This document shows, piece by piece, positions 23,986 to 37,988 of a DNA stretch of 64,000 bases. The stretch is from Eledone cirrhosa (Eukaryota). A model generated the notes under the pieces. It saw only the letters and a program-made list of their open reading frames with translations. It was not told where the DNA came from and ran no database searches. How positions within the stretch are numbered: position 1 is the stretch's first letter; every line of letters starts with the position of its first letter. The stretch is taken from positions 221,960,001-222,024,000 of the forward strand of contig OZ024741.1 of NCBI GenBank assembly GCA_964016885.1, written 5' to 3'. The translations under genes were made by a program, and so were the position numbers.

Positions 23986-24210
23986 CTACTACTACCATCA
24001 CCACCACTGCTACTACTATTGCCACCACCATAATCACTACTACCACTATTACTACCAGCACTTACCACTACTACTACTCCCCCACCATCATTGCCACTAC
24101 TACTATCACCATTACCATCACCCAGTACCACCACCACTACTACCACCACCACTACAACTACTACCACCACCACCACTACTACCACTACTACTACAATTAC
24201 CACCACCACA
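23985..24210. repeat. (CAC/TAC)n trinucleotide microsatellite
   Basis: Visible directly in the sequence. Confidence 0.95.
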
Positions 24211-24488
24211 GGATATAGAAAGAGTGAGAGATAGAAAAACTTAAACTACAGCGAGAGACAGATAGATATATAGAGAAAGGTATTATGACAGTTGTGAATT
24301 TTAATGATATTCCATATTGGAGATTTGCAGTTAATTTATTTCTCGTAACAATTGCATTTTTAGATAACTAACAACCCTAAAACATTCTCATTGGGCAAAT
24401 TTCGAAAATGAAAACGGTTTTTCTCTAGGATGCACCGTTTCAGAGCTTTTGAGAGACATACCACATACATTCTCATTTATAGTATATA

Positions 24489-25374
24489 CTAGCAGTGGTA
24501 CTCGGCGTTGCACTGGATAAGGTATTTTGGAACGCGGGCCGCCAATAGACCTAAAAACTGCATGCGTGGACAATATGTAAAGAAAATAAACCGAATACTC
24601 TGTTGGCTGGATAATCTTTAAGATTTTCCTCGATGAAGCAAGAAAAATGCAGGTTTTCACCTAATGCGGGCCCTAGAGGATCAAGAAAATGAATTTTTTT
24701 TATGTGCATAAATGCCTTGAAATTTCGGGAAAATCGGCTAGACGTAACGCCTCCAAAAAGCCCTAAGAAACTGAAAAAATGAAGTTTTTCACCTAATGCG
24801 GGCCCTAGGCCATAAGAAAGTTGGATTTTCTTTGCTTACGGTATGAAGAAGAGACTGACTAATACATAGTTACAATTTCAAGGAAATCGGTCTGACGTAA
24901 CGCCTCAAAAAACTCCTAAAAATGTTAAACAACGCAGTTTTTCACCTAATGCGGGCCCTAGAAGATACATATTTTATGTGCATAACACTCTCTGAAACAT
25001 AAGTAATACACATGTAAAGTTTGAAAAAAATCGGTTGGGTACTTCTCGAGTTTTTGGGATTCAAACTCACACACACATGGACATCCTCAAGGAAGTGACG
25101 TAATGCAGACAGCCAGACATACAGACAGATATTATAAGGGCGCGACGTTATAAGTATGTATCATTCTAAAAAGAGAAAGGCTAAGAATTATAGAGCGAGA
25201 TCGCTAAATCGCCTAATGTGGTCCCTGGGGCATAGAATATTTGAAATTTTTTTTGCTCAGAACACTCCCTGAAACATAAGTATTACATGTGTAAAGTTTG
25301 AAAACAGTTGGTTGGGTGGTTCTCGAGTTTTAGGGATTCGAACTCACACACACACAGACAGACATCCTCAGTTT

Positions 25375-25378
<4 letters not shown>
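24489..25378 (-). mobile_element. Non-autonomous Helitron with internal tandem subrepeats
   Basis: CTAG plus an imperfect hairpin at ~24489-24520. TTTTCACCTAATGCGGGCCCTAG repeated at ~24655, 24787 and 24940. Confidence 0.65.
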
Positions 25379-25408
<30 letters not shown>

Positions 25409-25649
25409 TATATATATATACATATATATATATATACAAACTGGCCTGTCCGGCTGGCGCCCGGCTACCATTGGCGTGTTCTACGGCATCCAGATATATA
25501 TATATATAGTTGACGTACCTAGATTCGCTTGGATAAACAGACGATAAGCCATCTGTGTAGTATAGTATTACTGTTGAAAATGTATAGTACAGTGTAGTAT
25601 TACTATTGAAAATATATAGTATAGTATTACTGTTGAAAATATGTAGTAT

Positions 25650-25910
25650 AAAATAGTATGACTGTTGAAACTCTTTAAGTGTGTGTAGGAGGAATAGGAC
25701 GACTAAATCACAAACATCAGCACTGTCAAAAGAACTCATTGAGACATCGAATGGGTTCTCTGGGTTAGATATTTTTACCCAAGTGTCATTATTAGTAAAA
25801 AGTAGAGTGTTTCTAGCATGCAAAATGACATTCTCTTAAATATTAGAAATATTGATAAACTTTCTAGCGAAATTTAAGGCTTTCGTTAAAAGAGGGTAGA
25901 CGGTTAGAAG
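25650..25910 (-). mobile_element. Penelope-like RT fragment
   Basis: HARNTLLF..TWVK..PFDVSMSSFDSADVCDLV aligns with the RT at 1556-2647. Confidence 0.8.
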
Positions 25911-25964
25911 TCTACAATGTCAAATTGGGTGAATCTAGAACTATTTTTATCTTCAAGATATTCA

Positions 25965-28170
25965 ACATTACAATTGTGCCTTCCAAATGACATCTTTTGG
26001 ATCGAGTTATGAGTATGAAGGTGGATTTATGCCCACTTTCAAAGTTCAAGGTCAGGTTTATCATCTTATCGGATCGCTGGAGCTTGTAGATAATAAAGAG
26101 CCCCAATTTCTTCAGGTCTACTTCATGCCCAACTGTCTTGAACAAGCTACAAGGCGAAATACATTTGCCTTCCCAAAAGTAAAAACTCAATTGACTGTCC
26201 ACAAGCAACAAGGAAATACTCAATTGCTTCTGACACTAGACTGGAGCTCCTTTTTGAACTTCAGGACATGCTTCATACTCATAACAGCTACGTTCAGAGC
26301 TTCAAATACGCGTTAGAAACAGCTCCTGTGGACAATTACTATGTCGTCATTGCTGCTGACAAGCGGCCATCTGGAGAACATGCAGGCCGCTATAATTCAC
26401 CTTCTTTCAATGAGGTTGTAGTACTTCTCGCTGGTGATCAGCACAACAACAGTGACATTGTTATCAAGCATCGCGACCATGAACTTCAACGGATCAGTGA
26501 AACACACAGATCATACGACACACTCCAATACCTGCTGCTTTTTGTATATGGAGAGGACGGATACCATTTTGGCATTCCACAATGTAACTCTACCAATTCA
26601 GAGGTTCATTCTACCAAAACAGTTTCATGCAAGGACTTCTATGCATTCCGATTCATGATCCGAGATGACTGTTTTAGTCACCTCCATCGCTCTAAAGACC
26701 TTTTCAATCAGTATGCAACTGAAATGTGTGCAAAAATGGAATCTGAGAGATTGTGTTTTATCAAACTCAATCAAAAAAAGTTGCGTTGTGACAGTTACAC
26801 ACACCTTCGTGATGGAATGAACAATGATGCGGATCCTGAGAGTCTTGGAAAAGTATGCATTCTGCCATCTACCTTCACGAGAAGCCCTCGATATATGCAT
26901 GAAAGGACTCAGGACGCCATGACCATTGTACGACATTACGGCAGGCCAGTCTTATTTATAACTTTTACTTGTAACCCCAATTGGAAGGAGATTGAGGGCG
27001 AACTCCTGCCTGGTCAGAACGCCACACGCTGACATGATCTCGCGGCTAGAGTATTCCGTCTTAAGTAACTTAAGCTTATGGATCTTATCAAAATAGGTGA
27101 GGTTTTCGGACCAGTTCAATGTGACATGTACACAATCGAATGGCAAAAAAGGGGCCTCCCCCATGCTCATATTCTTATTTGGCTGAGAACAAGGGTTAGT
27201 CCTAACGACATTGACAGGATCATCTCTGCAGAATTACCCGATCCTTCCACTGACAAGGACTTGTACATGAAAGTTAGGGCTCATCTGGTGCATGGTCCAT
27301 GTGGGCCTGGCTTTAGAATTGATTTACCACGATGCACTAAAAAATTTCCCCGTCAATTTATTCACGATGCTCAGACTGGCAATGATGGCTACCCATTATA
27401 TAGACGTAGGCGACGGGAAGAGGGAGGTTTTATGGCAAGGGTTAAGAATGGCGAGGTTGACAACCGATGGATCATTCCCTATTGCCCACTCCTGCTCAGT
27501 ACTTTCAACGCACACATTAATGTTGAATTCTGCAGCTCCGTCAAGTGCATCAAATACATATGTAAGTATGTTAATAAGGGCTCTGACGCTGCTTCGTTCG
27601 GTATACTCAACGAAAACAATAGAGACGAAGTAACGCAATTCCAAGTAGGGTGCTACATAAGTAGTAGCGAGGCCTTTTGGCGAATCTTCGGTTTTCCAAT
27701 ACATGATAGGCACCCTTCAATTGTAAAATTAGATGTACACCTAGAATACGGTCAACGGATGTACTATACCAACAAAAATGCCGCTGAATTGGCACAGACC
27801 CCAAGGGAGACAACTTTGACTGGATTTTTCAAACTGTGCGAATACGATTACTTCGCAAAATCATTGCTGTATCCTCAGGTGCCATCATACTACACATGGA
27901 ATAAAAAAAAACATGGAGTCTCAGAAAGACTGGCCAACCAGTTATTGGAGTTCCCGGGATCAAATTCACTAATTGCTTGGGGCGAGTGTATATGATTCCT
28001 CCAAATCAACACGAGTGCTTCTATCTTCGAATGCTATTGCATGAGGTGAAAGGACCGACCAGTTTTCAGGACCTCAGAACTTACGGTAATCGTGTTTGGT
28101 CTACATACAGAGATGCCTGTTTGGCTCGTGGAATGCTTAAAGATGACTCACGATGGGATGTAACCTTCGG
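25965..28170 (+). mobile_element. Helitron Rep (HUH/Y2) region, pseudogenised; truncated by an RTE insertion
   Basis: GQVYHLIGSL, LPSTFTRSPRYM..QDAM, FITFTCNPNW, IEWQKRGLPHAHILIW, KYICKYVNKG, FYLRMLL..GPTSF. Confidence 0.93.
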
Positions 28171-28192
28171 GCGATTTCGGGCGGTTTGAACA

Positions 28193-29458
28193 CTAAAGGG
28201 TTAAAGTTAACTTGTCTAAGACTAAAGTTCTAGTTTCTAGAAAGGAAAATAGAGCACAGGTGCCCTCTGGGAAATGGCCATGCTCAGTGTGTAGGAAAGG
28301 AGTAGGCAGAAATTCCATTTTATGTCCCAAATGCAAACTATGGGTACATAAAAGATGTAGTGGGATCACAGGTAAACTATCGAAGAACGTAGACTTTATA
28401 TGTGGCCGATGCTCAGGTGCAATAAGTAGCAAGTGCCCACAGGATATTAGCTCTTTCTATTGCCCAGATGGTTCTATAGAAATAGACACTTTCCGTTACC
28501 TGGGTGATGAAATCAGCAGTGGTGGAGGGTGTTCTGAAAGTACAGTAGCCAGAGTCAGAAGGGATGGAAAAAGTTCAGAGAGCTTATACCGCTGTTGGCC
28601 ACAAAAGGTTTCTCTCTAAAAATGAAAGGCAGATTGTATGATGCTTGTATACGAACAGCAATGTTACATAGCATTGAGTGCAGAGGACCTGCGCAGACTG
28701 GAAAGGAACAAAGCATGCATGCTCCGTTGGATGTGTAATAGTAATATACGTGAACGGCAAAGCATAAATGAACTAAGTGAGAAATTAGGAATAAGAGGGA
28801 TCAGATGCTGTTTACTTGAGAGAAGACTATGTTGGTAGAGCCATGTGATGCACATGAAAGACGACAGCTGTATAAAAAAGAGCAGGGCGATCAAAATTGA
28901 TGGTAGTTACGGAGTAGGTAGACCCAGAAAAACCTGGGACGATCTGATAAATTCCGACCTTACACACTTGCACCTCTCTAAGACAATGTCACTGGACCGA
29001 GATTTTTGGCACTATGCAGTAATACAGAAGACCCGCCTTGCCTATGTACAAAGCGAAAACTAGTCAGTAGGCACCTCTTAACCAAATATACACCCCAATC
29101 CACTACCCCTACCCTATCCTCCCACTCCCACCAACACCACCCTCCCTCTGTAAAGTTGGTACCACAACATCCAGTCCAAATAAATGAGATAATGAGATCG
29201 AGATCGTGTAGGTGTCACGACAAAAACACACAGTCCACGCTGTAATGTGGCCGTGTAGCCAACACAGTAAAAAGTTCCCAGTTCCACACTGTAAATGTGG
29301 TTGGTGTTAGGAAGGGCATCCAGCCATAGAAAACCTGCCAGATAGTCCTATATGAGCGAGACACGGTCACCCGACCAACCTTGCCTCAAGTGGGACAACT
29401 CCCGTCTAACCCATGCTAGCGTGGAAGATGGACGTTAAACGAAGATGATGATGATGAT
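28193..29458 (+). mobile_element. RTE LINE 3' portion with PHD-like finger and long 3' UTR
   Basis: KTKV..WPCSVC..CPKC..WVHKRC..CGRC..FRYLG; (GAT)n tail. Confidence 0.9.
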
Positions 29459-29915
29459 ATATATACATATTGTGTGTGTGTATGTATATATATATATATA
29501 AGGCAGATTGGCAGAATTGTTAAATGCCGGATAGAATGCTTTGTAGTATTCCTTTCATCCTTTTGAGGTGATGAAAAATGTACCTGTCAAGTACTGGAGT
29601 TGAACCTTCCTCCATATCTCTTTTTCACTTCCTCTCTCTCATTCTCTCTATCTTTCTCTGAAAGAAATCTGCTGTACTCAGGCCTGAAAATACCCAAGAA
29701 AAGCCATATGTCAATACGGCGCCACTACGACTCCATCAGGAGTTACGGGTTCAAAGGAAAGGATATGTACGTGTGTATATATATATATGTGTCTGATGGT
29801 AGCTATGATGCTTCCATAGGCGGTATGCCGATTGAGCACTCTATGTTCTTACATAGCAGAGTGTGATATAATATAAAACGAGAAATCAGTGATGCATCTG
29901 AACTCAATTTATTGT

Positions 29916-30003
29916 GTGTTACAATTGTTTCGCCGGCAGACAGCTCGAGACGCGATCATTGTATGGATCTGTTTGATTCTGGACCTGCAGGTTCGTCAGA
30001 CAC
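29916..30003 (-). ncRNA. Type I hammerhead ribozyme motif (Penelope-type)
   Basis: Minus strand: GTGT-CTGACGA-ACCTGCAG..CTGCCGGC-GAAAC-AATT-GTA-ACAC. Core intact; palindromic stem III; stem II has 6 of 8 pairs. Confidence 0.7.
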
Positions 30004-30194
30004 TTGTAATATATATAATTAATGTGGCTGTTGATCGCGGATAAAATAGCTATCATTTATTTATCTATTGTTTCTTCATAGGTACATTTTTAACTTATAG
30101 ACTCGTTTAATTGATTTTTTTGTGTGGTTAATTATGCTGATTTGGAGGAGATATACTGGATATATTTTATCAAATGATTCTATGGACTTACTTT

Positions 30195-30234
<40 letters not shown>

Positions 30235-30237
<3 letters not shown>

Positions 30238-30994
30238 CAGACTGTATGATGCGTGTATCCGAACAGCGATGTTGCATGGTAGTGAGACCTGGGCGCTGAA
30301 GGTGGAAGACTTACGTAGATTAGAGAGAAACGAAGCCTGCATGCTCCGATGGATGTGTAACAGTAATATACGTGAACGACAAAGCATAAATGAATTGAGA
30401 GAGAGACTGAGCATAAGAGGAATCAAATGCTGCGTGCAGGAGAGGCGGTTACGCTGGTATGGACATGTGATGCGTATGAAGGATGACAGCTGCATAAAAA
30501 GGTGCAGAGCACTAGAAGTTGATGGAAACCGCGGAGTGGGGAGACCCAAGATGACTTGGGATGAGGTGATAAGAGCCGACCTTACCCAACTACACCTCTC
30601 AAAGTCAATGACACACGACCGTGACTTCTGGCGTCACGCAGTAATACAGGGTACCCGACCTCCCATGGGTACATGCTGAAGCATATAAACAATATGCCCC
30701 CCCCCCCCCCCCCCCCCACCGCAAGGTGGTCGTGGAGGTGCCACGGCAAAAAAGCACCCAGCCCACACTGTAAAGTGGACGTGTAGGCGCCACGAAAAAG
30801 CACCCAGCACTCACTGTAAATGAGGTTGGTGTTAGGAAGGGCATCCAGCTGTAGAAATCAAGCCAGATCAGTTCCTGTATGAGCAAGGCATGGTCAGCCG
30901 ACCAGACACTGCCCACAACAGGACAACCCGTCTAACCCATGCTAGCGTGGAAGAACGGACGTAAAACGGTGATGATGATGATGATGATGATGAT
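30235..30994 (+). mobile_element. RTE LINE 3' end inserted next to a (TA)n tract
   Basis: ORF 30269-30679 (MLHGSETW..LRWYGHV..GRPKMTW), UTR and GAT tail. Confidence 0.9.
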
Positions 30995-31716
30995 ATATAT
31001 ATATATGTATGTGTATATAAATATACTAATGGCCTCCCGGCCTTTGCCCTGGTCTGTACTGTACTCAAATCTATTTATAAGGCACCTATTGTCATCTGTC
31101 GTAATGTCCATTTTCCTTAGAATAAAGGTTGTTAAAAGATATTTAAATATTGCAGAATATAATTTTTAAAGTTTATTTAGAATATTTAAAGAAAGTAATA
31201 TTGAAAATAATAGAAAAATGTATTCTACAAAACTTATAAAACATTTACAGAATTTCAGTATATACAATGATTTTAGTGTTTATGAATTTATACGACTGGC
31301 TAGCTCCAGGGATCATTTGTGAGAGATATTGTTGATGGCAGTCACTGTGATGTTTTGGGGAGCAAGGATTGCTCTTTTACACAGCCACTCCTTATTGGAA
31401 TGGTGGATTTGTAAATTAGGAACATTTAATTAATGAAGCTTACAACACTTTCCACAACAGTACAAAATCAAGTATCAAGGGATTGCTTTTCTACAAATTG
31501 AAATAGCTGAAAGGTGCTTATCTGTAACTTTGAGTGTCCCCTCCTTTCCTACCTGTTATTCGCACTGAAAAAATCTCCGAGGCTGGGAAAATCTGAGGTT
31601 CCATCTCGATGGCATTTTGACTTCGGAAAGAAGGCAATTGTAAGCATATCGGAAGTGTGATTAGTTGAAAACATGATAAAACCTAGGTAAAAAGAATTTC
31701 CTTGTGATCCCCATAT

Positions 31717-33738
31717 ATCATCATCATCATCATAAGTCCGCTTTTCCCTGCTTGCAAGGGTGTGACGGGTCTTATTCAGCATCTCTCCACTTGTCACGGT
31801 CCTTTGTCATCTCCACCGTGAAGTTCAGCGATCTGAAGTCTGTTCTCACCACCTCCGCCCATGTTTTTTGTGGTCTACCTCTACCACGTCTTCCTTCAAC
31901 TGGCATTTCCTGGCACTTCTTCACCCATCGGTCATCCTCTATGCGCATCACATGTCTATACCATGTCAGTCTCCTCTCTCGCACACTACATTCTATCCCT
32001 CTCAGACACAGTTCTCTCTGAACATATTCATGCTGGGTCGATCACGCACATTGACATTGCACATCCAACGGAGCATGCTTGCCTCATATCCTGTTGCATA
32101 TCCTCTGCAATTGCTGCCCATGTCTCACTACCAAGCAACATCGCGCTCCTCACACAGGCATCATATAACCGGCCTTTCGTACGCAGGGAGAAACCCTTCT
32201 TCGTCAGCAGAGGACGCAGCTTTCTAAACTTCTTCGAACCCGTCCTTATTCTAGATACTATGGCCTCGGAACCCCCCCCCCCCCTCCCATGCTAATCTGA
32301 TCTCCTAGGTACCGGAAGCTATCCACCACTTCTATAGCACCCTCCTGTATTTGAAAAATGTGTCTATCAATGCGACTTCTACTGTCTAATTTCCCTGTAC
32401 ATCTACTGCATATGTATTTCTCCCTACCTGTTAGTTTGCCCACTATCCCGCTACATCTCTTGTGTACCCAGGATCTGCATTGTGTGCATTTTATAGAATT
32501 TATGCCAGTTCCTTTTCTGCATATTGAACATGGCCATTTCCCTGACAGAATCAGAGTTTTGTCTTAGCTAAGTTCACTCTCAGTCCTCTTGCTTCCAACT
32601 GCTGTTTCCATAGCCAGAATTTATTCTCTTGCTCCTCTACTGATTCTGCTATAAGAACCAGATTGTCAGCATAGAGAAGTTCCCATGGACAGCCAGTCTT
32701 AAACTCCTCTGTTATGGCTTGGAGGACTATAATGAACAAGAGCGGGCTGAGGACCGAACCTTGATGTACTCCTACTTGTATCTGGAATTCCTCACTAAAC
32801 TACATTCCTACCCTGACTTTACTGACAGTACCTCTGTACAAAGTTTGCACTGTCCTCACAAGCCCATTTCTCAACATCTAGTTTCCTTAGGGACCACCAG
32901 ATGACAGATCGAGGTACCCTATCAAAGGCCTTCTCTCGGTCAACAAAGGCTAAGTATAGTGGCTTATTTTTCTCTAAGAACCTCTCTTGTAATTGTCTCA
33001 CCAAGAAGAGGGCATCTGTTGTACTCTTTCCAGGCACAAAACCAAACTGCATCTCATCTAGTTTGACCCTTTCTCTAATTAATTGTGCTAATATCCTTTC
33101 TGCCACTTTCATAACCTGATCCATCAGTTTTATACCCCTATAATTGCTCCTCTCCAGAGCATCTCCTTTACCTTTGTAGCAATTTATGAGAATACGGCTG
33201 CACCAGTCTTTGGGTATGACATCACCATATATAGCCTGATTGATGATGCGTGCAACCAGTTTAGTGCCTACGCCCCCTGATGCCTTCAGCATCTCAGCAA
33301 CTATCCCCGATGGTCCAGCAGCCTTACCATTTTTCATTTCCTTAATCGCCTACCCTATATTCGTCAATCTCAATAGCTGGTCCCTCTGTCGGATCTACTG
33401 AGGGTAATTTCTCTCTCTCCCATTCGTTCTCCACATTCATCAGTCTCTTAGAGTGACATTTCCAGGCCTCCTTTTTCTGATCATTCCTGACTCTAAGTAC
33501 ACCGGCATCATTCTGGACACATTTATCTCCAACAACATCCTGATTTGCATTGACACACCGTCTTGCAATGTGGAACACCGCATGCCTCTGATCTTCCCGT
33601 CGCAAAACATTCGCAAACCTCCTACTCTCAGCCTTCCTGCGTGCTATGTACACCTGACGTCTAGCTTCTCTCTTAGCGGCTGTATATCCTTCCCTACTCC
33701 CACCCTTTTTCCAAGCATTCCATGCTAGTCTTTTGTCT
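31717..33738 (-). mobile_element. RTE LINE, 5'-truncated, same family as 10647-13608
   Basis: Translations nearly identical (KNGKAAGPSG, QFGFVPGKSTTDA, ELLYADN). Confidence 0.95.
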
Positions 33739-34044
33739 CTATATATATACATTTTCTGTTTCCCATCAAGGTTATTAGGTTATCCTTGTCAATACCAGTG
33801 TCTCTTGTTATGGTATCTTGGTATCTAACTCTTCTGGTAGAAGAGATCTCCCGCAACAATAGGTCTGAAACCATCTCCTCTTTTGCATGGAAGCAGTGTC
33901 CACCAAACTTTGTACAACATTCAATCAGTTGTGCACTTACTGAGATTTCTCCATATACCTGATGAAGCATGGGATGGGTCTGCCAGGGAATATTTTTACC
34001 CTTTCTCAGAAGGGTAGGATAACATCCATCTAAACGGCTCTGTA

Positions 34045-34637
34045 AATGGGAGTGTACAGGCCAACTCTCAGAGCCCTATCTTGCTCAGAACATTGACCTC
34101 CTGGAAACTGTTCAGAGACATGCAACCAAGCGAATACCCCCCATCAGGCATCTACCATATTGTGAACGCCTTGCTTCCCTGTGCATGGATACATTGAAGC
34201 TTCAACATCTGGCAACTGACTTGGTAAACACCCACAAAATTATTAACCGTCTTGCCAACAACAACCCTGAGCACCTTTTTGATTCCCATGTGTCTAACAC
34301 ACGTGGACATGCCTACAAAGTCAGAAAACAGCACAGCTCCCATGACTTTTGGAAACATCTTTTCACGCTCAGAATTGCTGAAGCATGGCACAAACTACCT
34401 GCATCAGTTGTTAGCTGCCGAGATACTGCATCCTTTAAAACCTCCATGTTTCCTGAAATTCGCTAGCACTACACCTAATATCCTCCCTCCATACACACGC
34501 ATACAAGTATTTCATGACTCATACACTTTTCTTTTTTCTGACATTTGAACATTATTCTATGTACTTTACATGCACCTTTGATGAGTTGCAGTGTACCTGA
34601 GCACTGTACACAATAATTTCATTATTATTATTATTAT
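34045..34637 (+). mobile_element. CR1-clade LINE 3' fragment
   Basis: PYLAQNIDLLETVQRHATK..YCERL..TRGHAYK..AWHKLP; (ATT)n tail. Sibling copy at 58318-58793. Confidence 0.85.
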
Positions 34638-34900
34638 AACCATAGAGAAGGATAAGCTCTACTGTTGTTTTAAACAGGCTGATTTTAAGTTTGTTTGGTA
34701 TATTGGATTTCCAAATTTTATTCAGCTCTGCATATTCGGAGGTCCTTTCTGAGTTCATTACAAAACAACCAAGGTACTTCTACTTACTTTAAGGGTTTCC
34801 TGTTTACTGTAACCATCAGATTCTATTGAGATAAACTCAGTTTTTGAGTTATTGCAGTAGAATTCAGCATGAGCAGTATCTGTTTCTAGCACATGAAGAA
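34638..34900 (-). mobile_element. Old LINE RT fragment (RTE-like)
   Basis: CNNSKTEFI and LNKIWKSNIPNKLKISLFKTTVELILLYG. Confidence 0.6.
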
Positions 34901-34981
34901 GTATATATGTATGTGTGAGTATATATATATATATATGCATGAGTGTATGTGTATATATGTGTGTGTATACATGTGTGTGTG

Positions 34982-35023
<42 letters not shown>

Positions 35024-35127
35024 TGAGTGTGCATGTGTATTTATATGCATATATATATATATATGTGTGTGCATGTGTATATATATGTGTGTGTGTGCAT
35101 ATATATATGCATATATATATATATATA

Positions 35128-35175
<48 letters not shown>

Positions 35176-35340
35176 TGTGTGTGCGTGTGTATTTATATGC
35201 ATATATATATATGTGCATGTGTATATATATGTGTGTGTATACATATGTGTGTGTGGGTGTGTGCATATATATATGTGTGTACACATATTTGTGTATATAT
35301 ATGTACACACATGTGTATATATACGTACTTATGTATATGT
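34900..35340. repeat. Compound (TA)n/(TG)n microsatellite
   Basis: Visible directly in the sequence. Confidence 0.95.
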
Positions 35341-35418
35341 CATGATCATCATCACCACTTTACGTCCGTTCTTCTACGCTAGCATGGGATATATATATGT
35401 GTGTGTGTGTGTGTGTGT

Positions 35419-37433
35419 ATCGTCATCATCGTTTAACGTCTATCTTCCACGTTAGCATGGGTTATATGGGAATTGTCCCACTTGAGGCAAGATTGGTTGG
35501 GTGACCGTGTCTCACTCGCATAGGTCTGTATCTGGCAGGTTTTCTACAGCTGGATGCCCTTCCTAACACCAACCACATTTACAGTGTGGACTGGGAGCCT
35601 TTTTACCGTGTCTCCTACACGACCACTTTACAGTGTGGACTGGGTGCTTTTTGTCATGACACCTACATGACCACTTTAGTGTGGACTGGATGTTCTGTGG
35701 TACCTACATAACTTTACAGAGAAAGGGTGGTGTGGGTGAAAATGGGAGTAGGGGTAGTGGGTTGGGGTGTATATTTGGTGAAGAGGTGCTTACTGACTAG
35801 GTTTAAGTTTGTACGTAAGGGAAGGCAGGTCTTCTGTATTACTGTGTAGCGGCAAAGATCTCGGTCCAGTGACATTGTCTTAGAGAAGTGTAAGTGTGCA
35901 AGGTCAGATTTTATTATGTCGTCTCGGGTTTTTCTGGGTCTATCTACTCTGTAGCTTCCATCGATTTTGATCACCCTGCACTTTTTTATACAGCTGTCAT
36001 CATTCATGTGCATCACATGACCATACCAATGTAATCTCCTCTCAAGTAAACTGCATCTGATCCCTCTTATTCCTAATTTCTCACTTAGTTTGTTTATGTT
36101 TTGCCGTTTGTGTATATTACTATTAGACATCCAATAGAGCATGCATGATTCATTCCTTTCCAATCTGTGCAGGTCCTCTGTACACAATGTCCGTGTCTCA
36201 CTGCCATGTAACATTGCTGTTCATATACAAGCATCATACAAAAGCCAGATACCGTGACTTGCTAGTTAAGTAACTTTCCTGTAGTTGTCTCACTGCAAAG
36301 AAGGCATCAATAGTACTCCTGTCTGATTTTGTTCCTACTTAGTTATGCTATAATCCTTTCAGCAATTTTCATGACCTGGTCCATCAACTTGATACCTCTG
36401 TAGTTACTTCTCTCTAGTACATCTTCTTTGCCTTTGTAGCAATTTACAATGATACTGTTGTGCCAGTCATTGGTTATGACTCCTTCCTGTACTACTTGAT
36501 TAACTAGTGCATATCCTACCATGCTAGATGCTTTTAGCGTCTCAGAAACTATACCAGATATTCCAGCTACCTCCCCTACCTTCATGTCCTTAATTGCTTT
36601 ATCTATCACACTGCTGTCAACTTTTATAGCTGGTCTCTCAGTTGGATCTATATGGGGTAGGTCCTTGCTGTCCCATTTATTCTCTTTGTTCAGCAGTTTC
36701 TCATAGAAAGTCTTCCATGCTTCTTTCTTTTCAGCAACAGACAGGGCAAGTGCTCCACTATCATTTCAAATGCACTTTTCTACAACCATATCATGATTTT
36801 CTCTAGTACACTGTCTCGCAATTCAAAACACTTCACGCCTCTGATCTTGAGCAAATTTCTTTTTTTTCTGCCTCTGCTGTTGCTAGGTATACCTGGCGCT
36901 GGCCTCTAGCTATTTGGTACTTCTCCCTGTCCCTACCCCTTTCCTCCAGACTCTCTAGGCTTATCTTTTTGTTTTTATCGTTCTATCTACCTTATCATTC
37001 CACCACCATATCACTCTATCTTACTGGTACCTTGCTGCAGGTCTGGTTTCTGGCTTCCAGAGGAAACCCCAGTTTTCTTCTATGTTATATGTCTCCTTTT
37101 CCTTTTCATTACTCTCAAAGGCGTCAAGTAGGATTTATCTGCATTTGTTACTTGAAGCAGGTTTTCTTAGCTTCTAGGTCTTCCTTCTCCAGACTGGCTT
37201 TTGTCTCTTAGTTCATCTAGCACTTATTCTAAGGTTACTGACAACTAGTCAACGTTGGGAGGTTCATTCTTCCCCAGGAAAGGCATTGGTATTTACAACC
37301 ATTTTTCTGGTGAGGATGAAGTCTATTTGGCTTGTATGCTCTCCTCATTGGTAGGTAACCAGGTGGCTGGCTGGTTTCTTGAAGTTTGTTTTACAAATCA
37401 TTAAATTGAGAGCATCACAGAACTCCAAAAGCC
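35419..37433 (-). mobile_element. RTE LINE pieces (3' end 35419-36243; EN/RT part ~36330-37433)
   Basis: MLHGSET..LHWYGHV; CYKGKEDVLERSNYRGIKLMDQ. 3' UTR resembles 29050-29458. Confidence 0.85.
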
Positions 37434-37656
37434 TATATATATATATAATTAAAATTTGTCACCAATATACATAACATCTCAATGAAAAGAGATCGTTAAG
37501 ATAGCTTATTCAGAGAAGTAAACATATAGAATATGTTATACATATCACTGAGTCAATAAAATAGTTCCTTAACTTAAACATAAGGAGCCTGACCTCCTTA
37601 TGTTTAGCTACATATCCCTAGGGAACAATGTGATATGTATAAGATATTTATATATA

Positions 37657-37976
37657 TCTATAATATTATAAAGTTGAGCGTCGTGTGTATTATGTATGTA
37701 TGTATCCTAGACACCGCCCTATAATTTCTTAGATTTACTCTCTCCGTCGCTTTTCCCTCTCTCTATAATAGATCATTCCCCCTCTCTATAATTTAACTGC
37801 TTTACTCTCTCTGTCGCTCTTCACTCTCTATATGTATTATGTATGTATGTATCCTACACACCTTATAGTTTCTTAGCCTTACTCTCTCCGTCGCTCTTCC
37901 CTCTCTCTATAATAGATCATTCCCCCTCTCTATAATTTAACTGCTTTACTCTCTCTGTCACTCTTCACTCTCTATA
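37657..37976 (+). repeat. Helitron-like 5' end with a ~140-bp tandem duplication
   Basis: Starts TCTATAATATTATAAAG followed by (TATG)n. The unit TGTATTATGTATG..CACTCTCTATAT occurs twice. Confidence 0.5.
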
Positions 37977-37988
37977 TGACAAGTGTTT

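Noticed and set aside
34758-35455. ORFs rich in Y/I/C/V/H/T, also at 600-1100, 15189-15762 and 23834-24244
   Set aside because: Translations of dinucleotide and trinucleotide microsatellites.
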